This document shows, in pieces, positions 41,099 to 54,252 of a DNA stretch of 64,000 nt. Every line of letters begins with the position of its first letter. Position 1 is the first letter of the stretch. The position numbers were made by a program, and so were the translations under genes. Under the pieces are notes generated by a model that was not told where the DNA came from, searched no databases, and worked only from the letters and a program-made list of their open reading frames with translations. The DNA is from Tubiluchus corallicola (lineage: Eukaryota > Animalia > Priapulida), in NCBI GenBank assembly GCA_030141605.1, contig JAQGDQ010000348.1, positions 186,967 through 250,966 on the forward strand. The letters are read 5' to 3'.

Positions 41099-41379
41099 AA
41101 ATCACAAAATGCAGGTGATTTGCTAAAATATAAACGATGCAGTCACTCGTTTGCTAATGAAACACTTCTGTTGATTACTTGCGTGCCGTAAAGCTTTCAC
41201 AAACTCAACTATCTGACAGGAATTTATGATTGCGATGATAATTACTTTTTATAATGCGAATACCGCTCTCGTCTTTTCTCGTTTTAGACGCGATTAATTT
41301 CAGCATTTTTCATTTCTCATTTTTTACCTGCTGTTGTTAGCGATTTGATTTCATCGTAAATATTGCAGCAGTTGATTTG

Positions 41380-41896
41380 AGGTACGTTAAACCTAGAAAA
41401 ATCCCGGCTGAGAATCGTGCATGCATATATTGTTTAAGAAATGAAATCGAAGACGAATTACACTTTGTTATAAAATTCCCATATTACAATGATCTTAGAG
41501 GAAAATTATATAATCACATCAGTGTAATTAAACCAGAATTTTTCCTTATGAGCGATGCTGATAAATTTTTATTCTTGATGGGAAGTAATGATTTAGAAGT
41601 AATTAAGGCATTTATTGATTATGTTGAAAAAGCGTTTTTAAGACATGATGAACAATATGTCATATAATGATCATATCATTGAAAGTGAGGTGAGTGACAA
41701 TCTATTTTAAATACTAATCACTAAACTTTATATTTAAATAACTAAAATAACTAACAGGAAGATTTAATAATGTTTGTTTTATCAGTAATTGTTTTGTTTG
41801 TCTGCAGTGTCATTATATTTCAGAATTGAAATTGTACGTATGTCTTGTTTTTTCTTGTATTGTAATTTTTGCACTAATAAATAAATATGAAGTGAA
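41380..41896 (+). mobile_element. 5'-truncated non-LTR retrotransposon 3' end (RTEX/L2-like ORF2 C-terminal Cys/His motif)
   Basis: IPAENRACIYCLRNEIEDELHFVIKFPYYNDLR fits the R-x-C-x2-C...EDE-x-HF-x3-CP-x-Y-x2-LR motif (last Cys replaced), followed by a U-rich 3' UTR and AATAAATAAA. Confidence 0.75.
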
Positions 41897-42009
41897 TATT
41901 TATTTGGTGCTCTTTAAGGAAATCTTTTTGTACACTTTGTTGACATATTTGATTATGTCAATTATGATGGACCAAAAATCTTTCAATATGAAAATTAAAT
42001 GAAGCATCT

Positions 42010-42035
42010 TAATAATAATAATAATAATAATAATG

Positions 42036-42124
<89 letters not shown>
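42010..42124. repeat. (AAT)n microsatellite
   Basis: Direct inspection. Confidence 0.95.
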
Positions 42125-42128
<4 letters not shown>

Positions 42129-43988
42129 GTATAATTGGAGAAGATGTAACTGTAATCCACACATTTAAATGTGGCGAAGACACCTAGACTTGATTAGAAG
42201 ATCATAAGTACTGGTCCTGTCACAAGCCTGTTCCACTGAGTGATGAAAACCGGCTTGCGGTCAGCCGAGCTGTCGTTAGCGGCGCGTCTCCCCAGTACCA
42301 ACTTTCAGCTGACTTGCAACAAAATCAACATTTGCAAAAAGGAAAGCGAGACGCGATTAACGGGAAAGCGGTTAAAACCTTTCCTTAGTGCTGCGCGCTA
42401 ATCAATGATAATTTTCCCTTGCAAAGCCCAGCATAAATGGGCAGTTATAGACGCCAGTCAGTAACAGTAAATGCTGCACCCAATAGGGAAATTGTTTCTA
42501 ACACTGGTCTGACACGTGCCTCGGCTGTCAATGGCCTCTTTCAATAGCTCGCTAAATCACCCTAATTGCTTTGGCCTTACTCTAAATCACATTTTAACCT
42601 GTCTGGCCATGTCCGGTTGTTAGTGGATATGTAATAAATGGGGTAAGAATTATACTAGCTGCATTCTGATAACTTAATTGATAACGTATGGCGGAATAAT
42701 CGTTGCGGAGAGCGTGTCGTGTTGGTCTACTGGTCAATTTTGGCTTCTTCTGTTCTGCACTGTCCATTGCCCGTAGACAAATGGCTTTCAACAAACAGCA
42801 TCTTTAATTCTACGAATCGTTAGATTTCCAGAATTTTCTCATAAAGTATTTGTGGTATGCAAACGCTTCGTGGTCAGGTTTTATAGTTTGTTACGCATCT
42901 ATATATAATTTTTCTCACAAAGCGTTTGTGGTGTGTTATGACTGTTCAAGCATTTGAGGCCATTATTTCTTGTGGTGTGTTAGCTTTACTATCGTCCTGA
43001 TGACTGGTAAAAAAGCCACAGGAAAATGTAACCACACATAATTGCTTACTTCTGCAACTTCTTCTTCTTTTTCAATGTTTTTCTTCTTGTATAAATGTTC
43101 ATTTCTATTTTTATTTATCTAAAGTTTATTTCAGCACATAAAAATGTCATATAAAAGTTAAAAAATCCACTAAAAACTAAGAAATACTATACGTCATGCA
43201 CTATATATTAAAAGATCCACGAAAATTTACAACAAATGTCATAAAAAATATGTACAGAATTTAAAAATACAAATCATTAGTAAGAACGCGGTTATTTTCT
43301 CTATAAATCATGCCATCTTCTAAAATGCCATCTTCTTTACATTGATACACTTTACAAAACATTCTCTAGATTTTGTGAAGTAACAACGCGTGACACTGAC
43401 TGATGAGTCAGTCCATAACTTATTCGTGGACTCCGGTCTTTTGCCCTGCAAAAAATGCAAGCTTGAGAACGTGAAAACCCACTTTTTTCCATCCAAATAC
43501 CCCACGACCCACCTTTCTTTCTAATGTAACTGTGATCCCCCGACCCTGCTTGGTGGATCGTCTGCTTGGATTCAAATTTCCCATTACTATACATATAACG
43601 GCGGTGCGCTCTTACTTCGTGCAGGATTAGGATGTGATTACCCACAAATTAGAGAAGCTGTATTAGTTTGGAATCCCCTTTCTCGGCGTGTGTGTCTTGT
43701 CAGATCTCATACGCCTCAGTGGAGTGGAAACCCTGAGAACCTTCCAACTGTGCAGATTTTATTCGTTGCATAAAATTGCGTAGAATTTCCTGATGATGAC
43801 AGCAAAGAAGCAGCTGCCGTCCGACAGACGAACAAATCTACTTTTAATGATGCATAAAGTAAATCGTCATAACGAACTAGTTTCTTTCTCTGCGTGCTTC
43901 GGCTCAGCGTTTGTTTGAATTTGATTGGCTGCCTGCCAATTCTTGTATTAGCTTGATGTAACTTCTTGCCGAAAAAATTCTGAGGCAG

Positions 43989-44340
43989 TAAGCCTTTTCA
44001 CAGTTTCGTTGTGCGCACGCGCAGTTGCTGAAGGTCAAAGGTTAAGTGTACCAGAGCAACACGTCTTAACTACAGCCGTCACGTGACATGTGGGTTTAGC
44101 AAACCTGTCTGCCACATCGGTTCAGAAACTTTAGTCGTTTTACGTGGACTTTGCTTAATTATGCATTAATCTGTGCATAGAGTGATTTACTAGCAGGATC
44201 TTGTTTGGAAAAAATGAACTAGGTAAGGTTCTAGCTAGCTGTTAGAACTGTTACTGTTACAACAGCATGGGCTGTGAGGCGTTGTCAAGTGTACACTTAA
44301 CCTTTGACCTTTCACGATCATCATCAATCGCTTGAACTGC
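43989..44340 (-). mobile_element. Family B MITE just upstream of the TM exon
   Basis: One TIR intact and the interior matches. Confidence 0.7.
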
Positions 44341-44429
44341 TAGGGTTAACAAAGACACCAGTAGCTGATTGTCATACGTCATCATTTTTGTGAATTCTTA
44401 TTTTTTATTCTTTATTTTCTTTTTTACAG

Positions 44430-44674
44430 GAAACCAACGGTACGACTTGCACTGCAGATTGCTTGCAGCTGCCAGAACCTCCTCATTTCGACATACCCCC
44501 TCCCCCAGACATCTCTTGCATCATTCCGGATGCCTACCCACCTCCTCCGTGTACGGTCACCTCGGAGCAGTTGGCGGTTGCTACTAAACCGGATCCCCTA
44601 GTTTACAGTGTGGCTGTGGTATCTCTAGTCATTGGAGTCTTTCTAATATGTGGCCTTGTTTTAATGTATTACAG
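44430..44674 (+). CDS. Internal exon of an unidentified single-pass membrane protein (Cys/Pro-rich ectodomain plus TM helix)
   Basis: Long polypyrimidine tract plus tacag acceptor and AG|gtaagt donor; GC content is higher than the flanks. Open frame ETNGTTCTADCLQLPEPPHFDIPPPPDISCIIPDAYPPPPCTVTSEQLAVATKPDPLVYSVAVVSLVIGVFLICGLVLMYY(R) has an NGT sequon and a hydrophobic helix ending in YYR. Confidence 0.82.
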
Positions 44675-44784
44675 GTAAGTTATGTTAGTTTTTTCTTTTT
44701 CTGTTGTTACTTCTTTGTTGTTATTCGTATAACTTTCCTTTTTCGATTTGCAAAACGTTTACCCCGAAGTTAATTAGCCTTTAA

Positions 44785-45225
44785 AGGAAGGAACAAGTCA
44801 CTGAGCATGTTATGTTTATTTTTCTTTTATCACTTAAACTTAGAAAAATATGACAAAGAAAATTGCACAAAACTGTCTCCAAAGCTTAAATTTAAAATAT
44901 ACCACCTCTGAATAGAAATTTTCAGGCGTGGTGGTTGCCGCCATTCACTTGAAATTCATTACGTAACTGAGAAACTTCGTGATTTTTCGTAAGCGCGTCG
45001 TGGCTTTCCGTAAGCGCGCTGCTTAAACTAATTCAAACTTCTCCAGCTTACCTAATGTTCACGCAGAAATATTACAAAATTAGGTATCCGTTTTTTGGTA
45101 AAGATTTATTATACGTTTGACAAAGTTTGACACTGCGCAGCTTTTCTTCAGGACGAATGACGTCATTGGAGGAAAATGGGCATTGAAAATGGGAGCGTCC
45201 AAGCATGAAGTGATCGCGACTTTAA
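44785..45225 (+). mobile_element. Family H Kolobok-like MITE
   Basis: ttaa AGGAAGGAACAAGTCACTGAG...; related copies at 47727-48182 (-) and 56945-57417 (+). Confidence 0.65.
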
Positions 45226-45257
45226 AGTGATTTAACTTATTACACGAGGTGTTTGGG

Positions 45258-45571
45258 AAATTTGAAATTTGAATTTTTATCATAAAACTTGCTTAGTTTT
45301 AGTACAACACACTGAATGTCTTACAGTAGAGCACTGTACTTCAATTTTCGCTTTCACAAACATGTGCAACACGCTCATGGAACATTTTTGATGTTGACAA
45401 TTATGTTAGTTTGTGATATCATCAATAGTTGGGTTCGCCCGCCGTTAATTAAGTTTTTCATCTATTATTTAATTATCAGAAACGCTTTTGCAGTAAAAAA
45501 TTGCATGAAAATGTATACTTTTTACTAGACTTGAAAATGGGGTAGTATATGAAAAATCATCCTATCTTCCT
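45258..45571 (-). mobile_element. Family A half copy
   Basis: Matches the family A consensus and ends TCCTATCTTCCT. Confidence 0.7.
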
Positions 45572-47726
45572 ATAACCTTTCTAAACTGACAGTTTAAAAA
45601 ATGCTAAATATAATTAACCTTTTTTTACACAACAAAAATTATCCTAAAGAACTTCAACGGTTAGGATCAATTTTGTAGGAGGTTCAATAGAGTAATTTTA
45701 ATTAAACAGATCAATTAAGACCAGCTCAGTAATTCACTTGACACCAGCTCAACTCCCAAGGCCAGCTGATAGCAAAACCAACTTCAAAGAGATGGAAAAG
45801 TTTTATGGATTTTTCTGCGCACTTAAAAGACTATTAACTCGTTACGCCTTGCGAAATGTTGGTGAAATAAATTATGCAACAGAGACATTATCCAGTATAA
45901 TGCAGTTTACAACCGCCGCTGTTCCTATAATTCTTACACAGGGGAAACCCAAATGATTCTGGTAACATATCCATCCTGCGTAGGAAACACTCCATGATTA
46001 CTGAGTAGAAAGTGTCACGGACTGTTGCAAGTGGAAAACAGTCGCGATTTTAAACACGTTGAAGCCGCATTCGTAGGTAGTTTTACCTTGCATGGCAAAC
46101 GTGATATTAACCTTATACCTAACATAATTTTAGATATTATGAATATCGAATGCTATAAAAGCCTTCTGCCAAACTAAATCGTTGGTAATGTCTAGATACT
46201 GTGTCGTAAAGAACACAGAAAATTACCCCTGTTTAGACGGCTTATCCACAAATCAGTTTTCATAAATGTTTATGCTTGTGTCAATTAATATTGTTTGTTT
46301 GTTGCGCTGCTATTAATGTTGCTTGTGTTTGTAAATATTGTAAAATATATATGATAACATTATTTCATTTAAGTGTTTTTCCTTATTTTAGCAATTTAAA
46401 ACACAAGTAAGTACGATGTTCTGCATATATACGCATCTCTTTTTACTCGCGCTTTTCGGTTTTAGTTACTAAAGAAAGGGTAATTTAGGAACCCCGGATC
46501 TTCACGGTAAAAAGTATACATTTAAACAGCAGTAATACTGTCAATGTTCCTCTGTCTTAAATATCTTGTGATTTAATTTAGAAGTGATTTTGATGATCTT
46601 TTATTTGTAAGATGCATTTAATCATTATATAAAATGCATTGAAAATATTTAATAAATTATTAAATGATTGTTAAATTAGATAAAAGACTAATGTTGTACG
46701 TGGTTTGTAGGGTGTCGTGTGGCTTAGCAGATGGATAATTTAGGAAGAAACAGTGACGTTTCTCTAAATACCAATTGTATTATTGTGAAAACCTGTAGTG
46801 TTCTGTGTCTTTCATAATCTTTACATGTTATAATACTGGAGCTGAATGTTTAAGGACTTCCGTGTTACTTACGAGTAACTATTGCATAGAAAAGAGTTAC
46901 ACTGCTGCAGTACCGCAAATCAAACTCAGGGAAATTCTTAGAAAAAATTCGCTAATCTTTATCCCAGCATGTCATAAAAGAAAAGTCGGGCTCAGGGACG
47001 TAAAAAACGCGCGCAATTTGTGGCTTAACCCACGAAACAAATGATCAAAATGTTAAAAGGGTAGGGCGTCAGAAATTTTTTTGCCCCCAGGGCGGCGCCA
47101 CAAGCACTTGCTACACCACTCACTGGGCTATATAACACCAGAAGCTTTGTCTTCACAGCCCTGTCCGTGTAACCAGTTGATCCTATGATCCTCGGGCCTG
47201 GCAATAATGCAATAAACTCCCTCGTCTCTGATGGATTTTATGAACCTTTATGCTGAAATACTGACAAATTTATTGCATTCCACTTGCAGTCCAGCAAGAG
47301 AAATTGAATATAATTGGCAGTTTTATTACAAGATGTTGATTTATTACAGCCGAATGGAAATTTCGTCCAATCGAAATGTTCTGCCAGGGCGGTTACTCAA
47401 AGCCATTTTTTCAATAATCAAAGCGAACAAGAAGATGACCAAGTCCCGACTGCCTCATGACTTTTTAATGCCTCCTTTCGTCAACTCATTGCCGCGAGCT
47501 TAATATTTGTGAAATAAACTGAAATTTGATTTATTAACGTCTGACATTCATAGATTTAATCTAATTAATGATTTTGTAACCCCCCCCCCCCAGGTAATTT
47601 AATAGTTGAAAGAGACGATTGTTTACCTTTATATAAAGAAACAAGATATTAAAAATCATTCAGCTTTAAACAAAAAACATTCAATTCAAAAAAGCTATTC
47701 ATAATTCAGTATAAATTTGTTATTAA

Positions 47727-48182
47727 AGGAAAGGTCAAGCCTTCTAGGAGGTTAGGATTATTTCTATGTTCGCGAAAAATGTTGGAAGGATTTACTAATA
47801 AAACTACGATAAGCGTCTCGTGTAATTAGTAAAATCATTTCATGCTTGGACGCTTCCATTTTCAATAACCATTCTTCTTCCAATGACGTCATTCGTCTTG
47901 AAGAAAAGTAGCGCGCTGTCATTCTTCATCAAAGGTATAAAAAGTTCTCGCTTACGGAGAGCCACGATGCGCTTACGAAAAGTCACGAAGTCCCCCAATT
48001 ACGTCATAATTTTCAAGTTAATAGCGACAACCACCAAGCCTGAAAATTACGGTTGAGCGGTAATAAATTTTAAATTTATGCTTTATAGGCAGTTCTTTGC
48101 AAATTTGTTTGTCATATTTGTCTAAGTTTAAGTGATAACAGTAAAATAAAAACCCAACATACTGAGTGACTTGTTCTTTCCT
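47727..48182 (-). mobile_element. Family H MITE
   Basis: ttaa AGGAAAGGTCAAG...CTTGTTCTTTCCT ttaa. Confidence 0.7.
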
Positions 48183-48186
48183 TTAA

Positions 48187-48760
48187 AAGACCAAGACCCA
48201 GTCTTAACTGTAGCTCAAAACAAGATACCCTATATATTATTGAAAGGAACGTACTATTTTTTCAAGAATAACTTACATAAAAGAAAGACTTACACAGAAT
48301 GGTAATTTCGCATTCGCGCCATTAGTTCTTCGCTATTTCGCCATTCGCTAGTTAAATGGTACTAGTGCGTGCATCTCTGAAACGTGTCGCACAAAAACAA
48401 GTTCTGTACCTCTCAATTTAGAGGTGCTCAGTTGTGACGTAGCCCACACGTTCGAGAACTCATGCTTGTACTGCAGTAAACTTGAAACATGAATTTTAAA
48501 CTTAATGTTTGCCAAGTTTTTGTATATTACACTGAATCTCGCACAGTAGTGCTGCACTTCAATTTTCACTTTTGTAAACACGTGCAGCACGCTCGTGGAA
48601 TGTTTGTGCTGTTGAAAATTATGTTCATTTCTTACGTCATCACTAATTGGTCTCACCCGCCGTTAATTAAGTTCGTAACTTATTATTTGGTTATCAGAAA
48701 CGCTTTAGCATTATCTAAAATACTTTACCATTTAGCAAAAATTTGTACTTTTCAACATTT
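48187..48760 (-). mobile_element. Family A diverged copy sharing TTAA with a family H element
   Basis: Junction reads CTTTCCT ttaa AAGACCAAGACCC; the interior matches family A. Confidence 0.65.
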
Positions 48761-49206
48761 TGCCGTATTTCAACTCGGGCTGGGAGGTGGAAAATCACCC
48801 TGTTTTGGTTTAACAAACTAAAAAACGGGTACATACACCTATCCCTCGCGAAGTTGGCTGTAGGGCAAATGCATTTACATTAGATATAAACGTGCTCTTA
48901 TAGTGATGGCTCTTGTCGCCTATCATGCAACATGTGGTGATACTGAAAACAGGATAGTGTTGCGTTTCACTGCCCTAGTGTTTACGTAAATAAATCTTAC
49001 TGCAAGTTTTTTTTCATTCCGAAAGATAAAATTTTATTTTACACTTTGGTGTTGTTTGTGAACTACACACGTAGGGGGTACCATGATCTTTAGGTGCTCT
49101 CGAGGTCTTAATGCTACCCTGGATAGTAATTACTGGATTTACGTGGGGGTGATTCATTTTCTGCTGTTATAAACAGGCCTATGGTGCTTGTAGTTACTGT
49201 TGGAGG

Positions 49207-49657
49207 CAGTGGCGGCTCGTGCTTAGGTACCGTGGAACTGCAGCACCCCCTATTTTCACTCAACATTATTGATAATATTCAGTACAATAAGCCTTTTTTC
49301 TTTAGTTCTTTCTTCATACTTGTACGGAACCGAAAGACGTGAGGGTAATACTGTTTGCTTCACAGCCCAGCACAGTGGTGTGCTTGGTTGTTGTGTACAT
49401 GCGGCCATGCGCACATGCCTGAGATAACACGCTGTACGCAGCACTGCTTACCGTGAATGGATCAAGCTTGAACTGCGACAATTTAGAAAGTAAAAATATT
49501 TTTTTTGTTTAGGATTTATAAAGTTTGTGTATAATGTTAAAATTACAATTACAACATTAAAATTACGTATGTTAGTTTCGTTTTACACAGTATTAAAACA
49601 ATGGCTAAAATTCTCCGATGCAGCACCCCCACTAATTTTAGCTACGAACCACCACTG
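49207..49657. mobile_element. hAT-type MITE with perfect 8-bp TSD (GTTGGAGG)
   Basis: TIR CAGTGGCGGCTCGT...ACGAACCACCACTG, with the subterminal motif TGCAGCACCCCC present twice. Confidence 0.82.
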
Positions 49658-50021
49658 GTTGGAGGAGGAAACCCTTGCAAATAACGAGGAAAGAATATCG
49701 TTCCATACAGTTAAATCTAATCCACTCATGTTTTTCAAAGGATCCCCAGGAGGGCAGCCGCTTTGAGGTCTCCGACACGTGCCGCGTCTTCGTCTGCCGC
49801 ACGCCAACGGGTTCGCGTAATGTAATTAAACTGGAATTTGAATAATGGTAGATTAGCAATTCTGATTCGACTGATGTTCTGCTGAGCAGGCGACCTGCGA
49901 AAGGGTTGCAGGGCTGGGAGTATCAACAATCAGAAATTCAGACATTGTAAATTGCATTTGATGTTTCTATAACAAGAGTTGAAGACATTGGCGCTTTGAC
50001 GACGTTCGTTTGTGAAGTTTC

Positions 50022-50422
50022 CATCATATCTCGGTTTGCCGGACCTCGCTTTTACGCATATCGGAAGAACCGAACAAAATCTGAACTGTTAAAAAGTCCC
50101 ACATACTACGTTATTTCACGAGCTGACCGCTAGTTGGCGGGCCGCACTTTGTTTACACCATTACATCGGTGTAACCAAGGAGCGTGTAACAACGTGTAAC
50201 GTTTAAGCATGTGCAGAAAAATATAGAGTCAATTATGTGGAGTTATTTGAGTAAATTTCCAATAATTATTATAAATTTTTGCATGGAATTAGACGTTTTT
50301 GAGACAATTAGGAGATTGATTCTACATTACCGTGAGTCTAATACATGCTGTATTAGTTTAGTATCGGAAAATTCGGACTCTCGTCTCCCTGCTTTTGTCC
50401 AGCAAGCAGAGATATGAGCGTG
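50022..50422 (-). mobile_element. Family D MITE
   Basis: Reverse-complement match with both TIRs recognisable. Confidence 0.68.
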
Positions 50423-50521
50423 TAGCGAAATTATTATGATTATGTGAATCCCTCTTCTTCACCCACGCAATCTCTCCATCTACACTCCAGTGCTCCGGAG
50501 ACTCCGTTTCCTTGTAGATAA

Positions 50522-51330
50522 GCTGGAATAGCCCTTAATCCAAAATGAAATTCTTGGCTGGAATAGACCTTAATCCAAAATGAAATTCTTGGCTGGAATA
50601 GACCTTAATCCAAAATGAAATTCTTGGCTGGAATAGACCTTAATCCAAAATGAAATTCTTGGCTGGAATAGACCTTAATCCAAAATGAAATTCTTGGCTG
50701 GAATAGACCTTAATCCAAAATGAAATTCTTGGCTGGAATAGGCCTTAATCCAAAATGAAATTCTTGGCTGGAGTAGGCCTTAATCCAAAATGAAATTCTT
50801 GGCTGGAATAGGCCTTAATCCAAGATGAAATTCTTGGCTGGAGTAGGCCTTAATCCAAAATGAAATTCTTGGCTGGAATAGGCCTTAACCCAAGATGAAA
50901 TTCTTGGCTGGAGTAGGCCTTAATCCAAAATGAAATTCTTGGCTGGAATAGGCCTTAATCCAAGATGAAATTCTTGGCTGGAATAGACCTTAATCCAAAA
51001 TGAAATTCTTGGCTGGAATAGGCCTTAATCCAAAATGAAAATCTTGGCTGGAGTAGGCCTTAATCCAAAATGAAATTCTTGGCTGGAATAGGCCTTAATC
51101 CAAAATGAAATTCTTGGCTGGAGTAGGCCTTAATCCAAAATGAAATTCTTGGCTGGAATAGGCCTTAATCCAAGATGAAATTCTTGGCTGGAGTAGGCCT
51201 TAATCCAAAATGAAATTCTTGGCTGGAATAGGCCTTAATCCAAGATGAAATTCTTGGCTGGAGTAGGCCTTAATCCAAAATGAAATTCTTGGCTGGAATA
51301 GGCCTTAATCCAAGATGAAATTCTTGGCTC
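50522..51330. repeat. 35-bp minisatellite, about 23 copies
   Basis: Unit GCTGGARTAGRCCTTAATCCAARATGAAATTCTTG; copies are contiguous with no spacers. Confidence 0.95.
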
Positions 51331-51685
51331 GAATTGGCCCAACAGATCGTAAAAGGCAATCAAAAAACTTTCTGTATTAAGCAAGTTGAATAGATTGCAT
51401 TAGCTGTACATACAGAGTTGAAAGTGTTGATTTTTTTAGAATTATTAAAACTAGAATTTATTACTAGATTTACCATGAGCATAAAAGTTCACAATGACAA
51501 TTTACACAGAAAGCATTAAATGAACACAAATTTTGGAACAGAAAAACATTAATGTGTAATTTTTATTGAGACTACTGGTATGAATCTGGACAGCACCAAG
51601 AAGAAAATCTTGTTGAATTCTATGAGAAAGATTTAAGGCATAGGAGTAAGTAAGTGGGTACGTAAGTAATTAAGATGGTGTTTAA

Positions 51686-52300
51686 AGTAAAACCGGGCCC
51701 AATGTTAAGCTGTAGGTCAAAACAATCGACTCTTTGAAATATTGAAAGGAAGCGTACTTTTTTTCAAAAATGGCTTGCGCGACAGAATAATTACCACGTA
51801 AACGCAATTTCCCGTTCGCGCGCGTAGTTCTTCGCAGCTACGTACATTTCGCCTCTCGTTAGCTGTATGGGCTGTAGCGCCTGCATTTCGGAAACGCGTG
51901 GCACAAAAGCAGGTGCTGTACCTCTCAGTTCAGAGCTGTTCGTTTGTGACATAGTATACACTTCGATAGCTCATGAGTAAGCGCAGCGGTAAAAATATGA
52001 AATTTGAATTTTCATCTTAAAACTTGCCAAGTTTTAGTACAACACACTGAATCTTTTACAGTAGCACTGTACTTCAATTTTCTCTTTTTCAAACGCGTAC
52101 AACACGCGCTCATAGACTGTTAGCATTATCGAAAATTATGTTCATTTGTGATGTCATCACTAGCTGGGCTCGCCCGTTAATTAAGTTCGTAACCTATTAT
52201 TCAATTATTACAATTTTTTGCAGAATTATTCCTCTCAAAATGCATACTTTTTACCCTACTTCAAAATGAGGTAGGATATGAAAAATCATATTGTTTTCCT
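51686..52300 (-). mobile_element. Family A MITE, full length
   Basis: ttaa AGTAAAACCGGG...TTGTTTTCCT ttaa. Confidence 0.78.
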
Positions 52301-52307
52301 TTAAGCC

Positions 52308-52545
52308 TGTAAGTGAATGAGTAAGCAGGTAAGTAAATAAGCAAGTAAGTAAGCAAGCAAGTCATCAAGTAAGTAAGCAAGCAAGTCATCAAGTAAGTAA
52401 ACAAGCAAGTCATCGAGTAAGTAAACAAGATAGCAAGTAAGTAATCAAGTAAATAAGTAAGTAAATAAGTAAATAGCTTTTTTAGCAAGTAAAACAGCAA
52501 ATAATTAGGTATGTAAAATAACGAACAAAGTAAATAAGTATGTAT
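52308..52545. repeat. Degenerate (TAAG/CAAG)n tract
   Basis: Direct inspection. Confidence 0.8.
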
Positions 52546-52933
52546 AACTAACACTAATAAACAACTAAGAATATAAATGAATTAACTTAGTAAACGCACA
52601 TGCTTTTAATAGCTTGTAGCTACACCTGTACAACTACACCTGCACAACATAATGCTGAACTTATTAATCCCTTTATGTTTTATCCACCACATAAAGCCGC
52701 CATGTGTCAAGATCTTTGCTTAACAAAGACTTGCTAATTTTAATTACCCTAAAAACACCTCGGTAAATAAAGGAGTATCGCGGGGCGTGTGACACAGCCA
52801 GCTTCTAGCCCTGCAGGGTACGGCTACTGCAGCCGCTTTTTTGCCTTTGTGTCGTTTTCCTTTGGATCTTTATGTATTAAGGTAAGTCATTATTAGACGA
52901 ACTTACGTATTACGTATTATGTTGAAGTCTTGA

Positions 52934-53648
52934 AGAAAAACAAGATCATTTTTACTCCTTTGTGAAGTTCCGTAAAAAGTATACATTTTAGCATCTATGA
53001 TAATATGCCAAAGTGTTTGTGATATTTAAATAAAAGGTTGAAAACTTAATTGACTGCGGGCAATCCCAATTAGTGCAGGGATGAGAATTTTCCGCAGATA
53101 CGCAAAATTCCGAGTTTTTGGAAGACCAGTAGTGCCCTTTTTGTAAATCGCGTAATTTCGTTGAGAAATTTTTTGCTGACCCAGTACATTATTTCACAAG
53201 CTGACCGCTAGTTGGCAGGCCGTCACTTTGTTTACATCACATACATCAGTGTAACCACGTGTATATATCTATGTCTAAGAATATAGAATCAAATGTACAA
53301 AGTTATTTGAGTCAATTGCAGAGAGTTTTTATATACTTTTGCATAGGAGCGGCCATTATTTAGGCATTTTTGAGACAATTAGGTATCATGTATCCTTGAT
53401 AGTTGGATATTTTAAATTATGCACGAAACAAGATAATTGATATTTTAACTCGACATAGAGGTTCTCTATGGTCACAAAATTGCACCAAAACCCCCGGCCT
53501 GTTTCAGAGTTTTTTGCAATTTGTCATTCTCATCCCTGTTAGTGATGACGTCACAACTGAACATAATTTTCAACATCACATGTTTGTGAAAGCGAAAATT
53601 GAAGTACAGTGGCTACTGTAAGGGATTCAATGTGTTGTATTAAAACGA
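52934..53648 (+). mobile_element. Family A partial copy interrupted by a nested CAGGG element
   Basis: Family A sequence CCCAATTAGTG|ATGACGTCAC is split by the 53076-53538 insertion. Confidence 0.65.
53076..53538. mobile_element. hAT-like MITE with 6-bp TSD (TTAGTG), nested in family A and containing a family D fragment
   Basis: Perfect 13-bp TIR CAGGGATGAGAAT...ATTCTCATCCCTG with TTAGTG duplicated. Confidence 0.8.
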
Positions 53649-53683
53649 GGGATAGGTATATGTACCCGTTTTTAGTTGCTTAA

Positions 53684-54134
53684 AGGAAAACAGGATGCTC
53701 TTTCATATCCTACCCCATTGTGAAGTGCGGTAAAAGGTAAACATTTTAACACATATAATAATGCTAGGCACTTCTGATAATTAAATAGTGGGTTAAAAAC
53801 TTAATTAACAACGGGCGAAGCCAACTAGTGGTGACGTCAGAACTGAACATAATTTCCAACAGCACAAACATTCCGCGAGCGTGTCGAATGTGTTTGTGAA
53901 AATTTAAAGTAAATTGCTACTGTGAGATATTCAGTGTGATATACAAAAAAACTCGGCATATTTAAAATTTAAACTTCAAAATTCAAGTTTACCACTGTGC
54001 TCAGCATGACCTCTCGAACGTGTACACTACGTCACAACTGAACGCGTCTGTACTGCGAGGTGCAGCACCTGTTGTGCAAATGGTTAGGCAGGTTGTTTGT
54101 GAGGTCCTGTTTAAAGATTGGATCCGGTTTTCCT
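53684..54134 (+). mobile_element. Family A MITE, internally deleted
   Basis: ttaa AGGAAAACAGGA...TCCGGTTTTCCT ttaa; near-perfect 12-bp TIR. Confidence 0.78.
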
Positions 54135-54252
54135 TTAAAGTGCTACCGATAGGCATTGATTGTTATTGAAGCTAAAAGTAGTGATGGTGTAATTTTGTGG
54201 AGTTAATAAAATTAATTGAATTGATATTTGTGCAGAGTGGAGTGAGTTTCGA

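Noticed and set aside
50522-51330. CRISPR-like array (35-bp repeats)
   Set aside because: Units are contiguous with no unique spacers, there are no cas genes, and the context is eukaryotic.
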